A DNA stretch of 64,000 nt, from NCBI GenBank assembly GCA_032718475.1, contig JAUCBJ010008219.1, forward strand, positions 31,574 to 95,573, in the 5' to 3' direction. A program made the position numbers and the translations under genes. The DNA is from Nemertoderma westbladi. Its lineage: Eukaryota > Animalia > Xenacoelomorpha. Of the stretch, positions 41,401 through 47,400 are shown piece by piece (within the stretch, counting starts at the first letter, position 1; every line of letters starts with the position of its first letter). The notes below the pieces were generated by a model. It had not been told where the DNA came from, did not search any database, and saw only the letters and a program-made list of their open reading frames with translations.

Positions 41401-44400
41401 TCCAGGTACACTACAAATTATTCATTAGGCCGACCGGTACTATAATATCCTCTAACAATAATGTACTGTACGTAACACCATAGAAAACCCTCTGGGAAGA
41501 GGGAAAAAGAGAAACCGGGTGTGGGGGGTGCTTTGGGTCCGTTAGGAACCAAAGTATATCCTCGAACAATAATGTACTGTACGTAACACCATACAGTAAT
41601 AGATCATAAAAAAATTTCGACATATTTTGGACCAAAATGACCCCCCCCCCCCCCCCCCCCTTTAAACTTTCTAGAACACCCTAATAATGACGCGGTGACA
41701 TACTGGATATACTGGAAATACATAGTAAATGTAGGCGTACAGTATGTCTTATGGACATAGGCCTACTGAGAAATAATGTCGCACTGCGATGTAAAGTTAG
41801 AAATACTGTATGTCGCCCTGGCGATTTGGTAGTGCGAAATTAATTCCATACAAATACATAAAAAGTATTTTGTTGCTTAATTTATTCCAAAATTGTAACA
41901 TTACTCAACGCCGTTTAGTATTAACATCGAGTTGTTATTTAGCACTTTACAACTTTAGAGGACATTACATCATTGTATTGGCCTGTACAATTAGTATTGT
42001 AGTGGGTGTTGTACTGTCCCATGTTTATGTAGTAACCAATGATGGCGAGCTGTAAAGTTATGGCGTCAATGGTTACCACGTAAACAATAGGTGTAAATTT
42101 GCCTGACAGCCAGATAGGCCTACTGCAATACCTACCGGTAGGCGGGGTATAGCTATTAATAACCAGTCGGGCCTAGCTAGATTAATATAACATGGCTCCA
42201 AACCCCACCATAAATATAAGCTAACTTATTTATAACATAATTTATGTCACTTTTACATTTATTAATACAGCAACTAATATAATTTGTACAGTTTCTATCA
42301 CTTATAATATATATGTACATCCATTTCGTATGAAACTACATACATACAGTACTTGTTGCAAAGTACTTTAGTGTTCTGGGGCGGTATTCATAGAGTTAGT
42401 GTTAGTTACAGCTACTTAGTGACAGCTTTTAGTAAGAGCTGCAACTATGTTTAGTAAGAGCTATCTGTTAGGGGCCGTCCAAGTATGACGTCAGCACTTT
42501 AGGGGGGGGGAGGGGGGTTGGGAAAATCTGATGACGTGCTGATGAGGGGAGGGGAGGGGGTCAGCCAAAATCTGACGTCAGCATGTTCATTTATAGGTGC
42601 TACAAGAGATATAGCTATTGAATATAGATTCAGTCCCTGGCTGATTGAATAACTATTATTATATTATAATATTAATTAATAATTTACTATAATTACATAA
42701 TTCATAATTTGATTAAAAATAATAATTTAATGACTTACAAGTGAATATAAATAATCTTCATAATATAATAGTTACAAAATTTTTTGTTAATCTGATTTAG
42801 GGGAGGGGGGGGGGGGTATCAACGCCTATCTGATGACATCTGATTTAGGGGAGGGAGGGGGTCAACATTTTGGGGAAAAGTGCAGACGTCATACTTGGAC
42901 GGCCCCTTACTAAAAACAACTGATTTTAGTAAGAGCATTGACTTAATTTAGTTTCAACTAGCCCTTAAAAAATATCAGTATTCATAAACTGTTACTAAAC
43001 TTAGTTCTTGCCCATTAGTAGCAGTGCCGGTACTTTAACTTATGTTTATCGAAAAGCTTTCAGTTTTAACTTAAGGACGGTAGCTATGCCCGGCATGTCT
43101 CTATGTTTAGTGGTATACTGTTTTACTAGTATTGGTAGCCTACATTAAACCCATTAATTTTATTGGTCACTGAAACAATTCCAGTTTTCCAGTAAATTTT
43201 TTTCGTTATCAAATATATATTTCCTCCACTCAATTTAATTATCACTAAAATATATTTTTGAATCATCAAAAATAAATCTGTTACGGCCTGTTGTAATAAA
43301 ATCCATTCATTATTTAGGTTCGAATAACGTGGCACTGTAAGCTGCCATTTCCGACATTTTAGCAATAATTTATAATTAATAGATTTAATGTTAATTAATA
43401 GATTTTAGTGGAAACTGAATATTTTAGTGATTTCCTGTTAAAATTTTAGTGAAAAATTAATATTTTTAGTAAGGCGATAAATCAATTGGCTACCATTATG
43501 GAATACCATTATTTACATTCGGTACTACTACTACTACTAGGATCGGCATGCTGCATTGCAGCTGCATTTTTAAGAATGCTGTGCCGGCTTGTCAACAAAA
43601 TTGCACCGCCATTACATTCGGTAATAGAGAGGAAAATAATGAAGTGGGAACGCTACCGCTTTTTCATCTTGCGAAAGTTCGCGAATGGTAGAATTCTTTA
43701 GCGAAACGCATTTTTCAACGGACGCGGACCGTTCGGGAGCAATCTCACCATTCAAGAATGTAAGCTGAAATTTGGAAATTTAAGTGGGATATATGTTTAA
43801 AAAACAAAAAGCTTTACGTCGTTACATTTGACAGTTTCTCTGCAACAACACATTTGCAATGAACACAGAATGCTAGAAAAACAAGAGAGAGTATAATGTG
43901 GCCGGAGTCGTCAGTAACATAATAACCATACTGTATGTATGAAGGCCAACATAGAATAAGTAAGCATTCTTACCAACTTAGTCATCATATCTTCATGTGA
44001 CAAGAAATTTATGTTACAGCTAATACTAACTTAAGTAAGTAAGACTAAATTCTATGAATACGAGTTTAGCAACAACTAGTACTAAATACGTTAGTAATAA
44101 GTAACACCAACTTCTCTGAATACCGAATTAGTACAACTTACTAACTTGATGTGACTAGGACTAAGTTCCTAGTTAGTCACATTTATGAAACCGCCCCTGA
44201 TCCTCGTGGCTTTATTTTCACTCACTCACTAACGTTCGTTCGTGTAACAAAGCCACTCGGATCATCACACTGTAAAGTGCTACTTTACACACAAGTATGA
44301 AAATAGTTATTGCAGGATTATTAAACAATTGAAAACGAACCACAAACAAAGAGATTAAAATAAACATACAGTACTACACTACTGTACATTACCGACAGTA

Positions 44401-47400
44401 CATTATTTCTTTAAGAGATATTTAATATCTTCTTCAAATGATTTTGGATTTCGCAGAGGAATGAAACGAAGTTTGGGAGTTCCTTGTCTATCGATAAGGA
44501 ACTTTGTGTGATTCCATTTAATATTGTTCCCGAAAGGGCCCGCAATGTGATGTTGTAGCCACACCCACAGGGGGTGAGCTTTCGGCCCATTCACTTCAAT
44601 CTTGCTAAACACGTCAAACTTCGCTCCGTATTTCTCGACAAATGTCTTTATTGACCTGTTATCCCCGGGTTCCTGCCCGCCAAACTGATTGCAGGGAAAC
44701 GCCAGGACACACAAACCCTAAAAAAAAATAAATCATATAAAGTGATGTCGTAACAGTATATCTACATGTATATACAGTAGTATAATAAATTCGTGAAGGC
44801 TTACAGAAGGGCCTACTTAACCTACATGTACCGTTATCATTATCCGTTTTCTTGGAGCGAGAACAATATTGTCAATCATAATATACACCAGTGTACAGTA
44901 GGCCTACTACTGTAGTACTGAACTTTACGTACAGTACAGTATGTTAAACAATGAACCCTACGCCTGTGAGGCCCAATGTACAAATGAGCCACGACATGGC
45001 CGCTTGGCAAAATCCTAAATCCGAGCGTCACCCTACAGAAGCGAAATCTTTCAATAATCCATATGAAATCTTAGCAGGTAGGCCTAAGATTTACAGTATT
45101 CGCAAAATTATAATTTTTATATATATTCTTTTATACAAATCCCACCTCGGCAAATTAATTTCTTGTCTTAATGTTAAATTAACTATTAAGGGGAAGGAGC
45201 AGGTTAAAGTGCCCGACACGTTATTCAAACAAAACAATAATGTAAAGTCAATAGGACAGGTCATACAGTAGTTCTATTTTTGGTTGGGAGTAATCAGCTG
45301 TTATTGTTGATTATCACCCCTCCCTGATGGACAGCAAGCAAAAGCTACTACAGTACATACAGTATAGGAAAACGACAAGGGTTGTTCTCTTTTTGCGAAA
45401 TTTCGTCGTATTGAATTAAATTGAAGGAATTTCTAAATAAAAGTGCTTTAAATACAATACTGTAGGGGCCTACAACTGCACTTACTTTATCGCCATAGAT
45501 GGAGTGCAGTTCCACCAGCTGCTGTAGGTTCTTTTTCGCTAAGTTTCATTGGGTAGCTATATTTATAACCAAACAGACTTTCCCCTTGTAACGTTTAAAG
45601 TCCAACACGTGTTGTGGGTGTTTAGCCTTCTCCTTCTCTTTCTCCGGCATATCTACGGTGTCCGCAGAAAATGAAAAGAAATCCACCGAACCTTCACTTC
45701 CAGGCATTATACTGTACTGTAGATTCGTTAAACCAAAGATAAATCAATCACTAAAGTCTACCGGTACATACAGTATACCGGTACAAGCACTGGACAATAA
45801 TAATACTACTAGAGTCCAAACCCACAATAAATTAAACAAGAATTAAATTATTCTATAAAGACAAAAATTAACTACAGTAACAAAGTTTACCGAAAAATTA
45901 ACAAATTAAACTGATTTATGAATGTCTAAAAAATATTTCTTATTTTGGTGTGATATTATCAGATTACAGAAGTTTCTGTTGATATTCTACAGAAAGCGAT
46001 TACAATTACGTATTATTTTATTGTATCCACATCATACGTTTCACCTATTTAAATGACGACACATACAGTACGTACAGTACTGTATGTTAATGTGTCATTA
46101 ATATTCACTGTACCGTAGCATTGTACTGTAATAAGGAAATATCCAGCTGAGAACCAACTCATAGAGATTATAACGCAGAACTCCATCTACTGTACATACT
46201 ACTGCATAGACCTACATACATGACAATCATGCATTCATACATGTATATTGATCACTAATTGATTTCGGTATTAAATAAAGATAAACAACAACCAAAGGCT
46301 TCAAAGGAACTCATGTATTAGTAAAAACAAATAAATACTGCAGTAGAGGGGTGGGGTCATAAGTAACTGGAGTTTACTTTGAGTTACTTAAATAAGGAAA
46401 TGTAACACCATTTTATATTATAGACCCTACGTTTTGAATATTTTTGAACAATATTATATTAACCATGTGCAATAAATAGACGCTATGGAAATATACAGTA
46501 CATTAGAACTGTACATAAATATAAAAAATAAACCTTACAAATTTTTATTGTTTCTTGCGAGGATTTCTCGAGCTTTTCAGCTTATTCTTTCCAAAGGTGA
46601 CCTTAAAGAGAACCCATACCAACTTAGTGTATGTTTGCCTAAAATATTATTTTTGATGTGAAATAAAATATAAAAGAGATAGAGAAATCAACTTACGTAT
46701 TTAAAAATACAATATCTGGTTTCCATAAATACTTCGGTTCAATACTAATCGATTCAATGTTTTCATAGTCTTTAGGATTCCATGTGATATAGGCATCATG
46801 CCAGTACTGTAATATAAATATATTCAATTATAGTTGTCCGAGAAAACTGCAGCTAAGGAAATGTCTACCTTTAGAATACAGTAGGCCTACAGTACTGTAA
46901 AACTACAGTAGACCTAGGAATATTGCGGTTCGCATGTCCACACTGACAACGAGAACTTTTCAGGGCCGCCAGAAGAAATTGATATAGGCAGGCCTACTTG
47001 GTCGGTTCGGTTCCGTTGGTGGTGATGAGGCCTTGGGGGCTTGAACGACGGATTCCTCAAGTTTATCGAAAAACACTTCTAAATCTATAAATTTATTATA
47101 GTAGGCCTACTGTAGTTTGTTTGTCTGTGATTTGCCCATTGTGTACCAGTGTAGGCCTACAGTATTGTAGAAGAACGACTCACCTGTCTGAGCCAAAGAT
47201 ATGCAGTCAGCACTTGCGTCTTCTCATTCTAAAATATGATAATAAAATGTTGGCCTTATGGCATTATCTCATATATGTAGGTGTGGGGGGGGGGGGATAC
47301 TGATACTAATGTATAATTACTGGATACCGTGTCACGTTATTCTAACAAAAACAATAAACGAACCGAATTGACGAAACCCTAGTATCCATTATCTACCAGA

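Larger units (their letters stand above)
42379..44196. mobile_element. Non-autonomous PIF/Harbinger-like element with CTG target duplication
   Basis: CTG|GGGCGGTATTCATA ... TATGAAACCGCCC|CTG. Confidence 0.7.
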
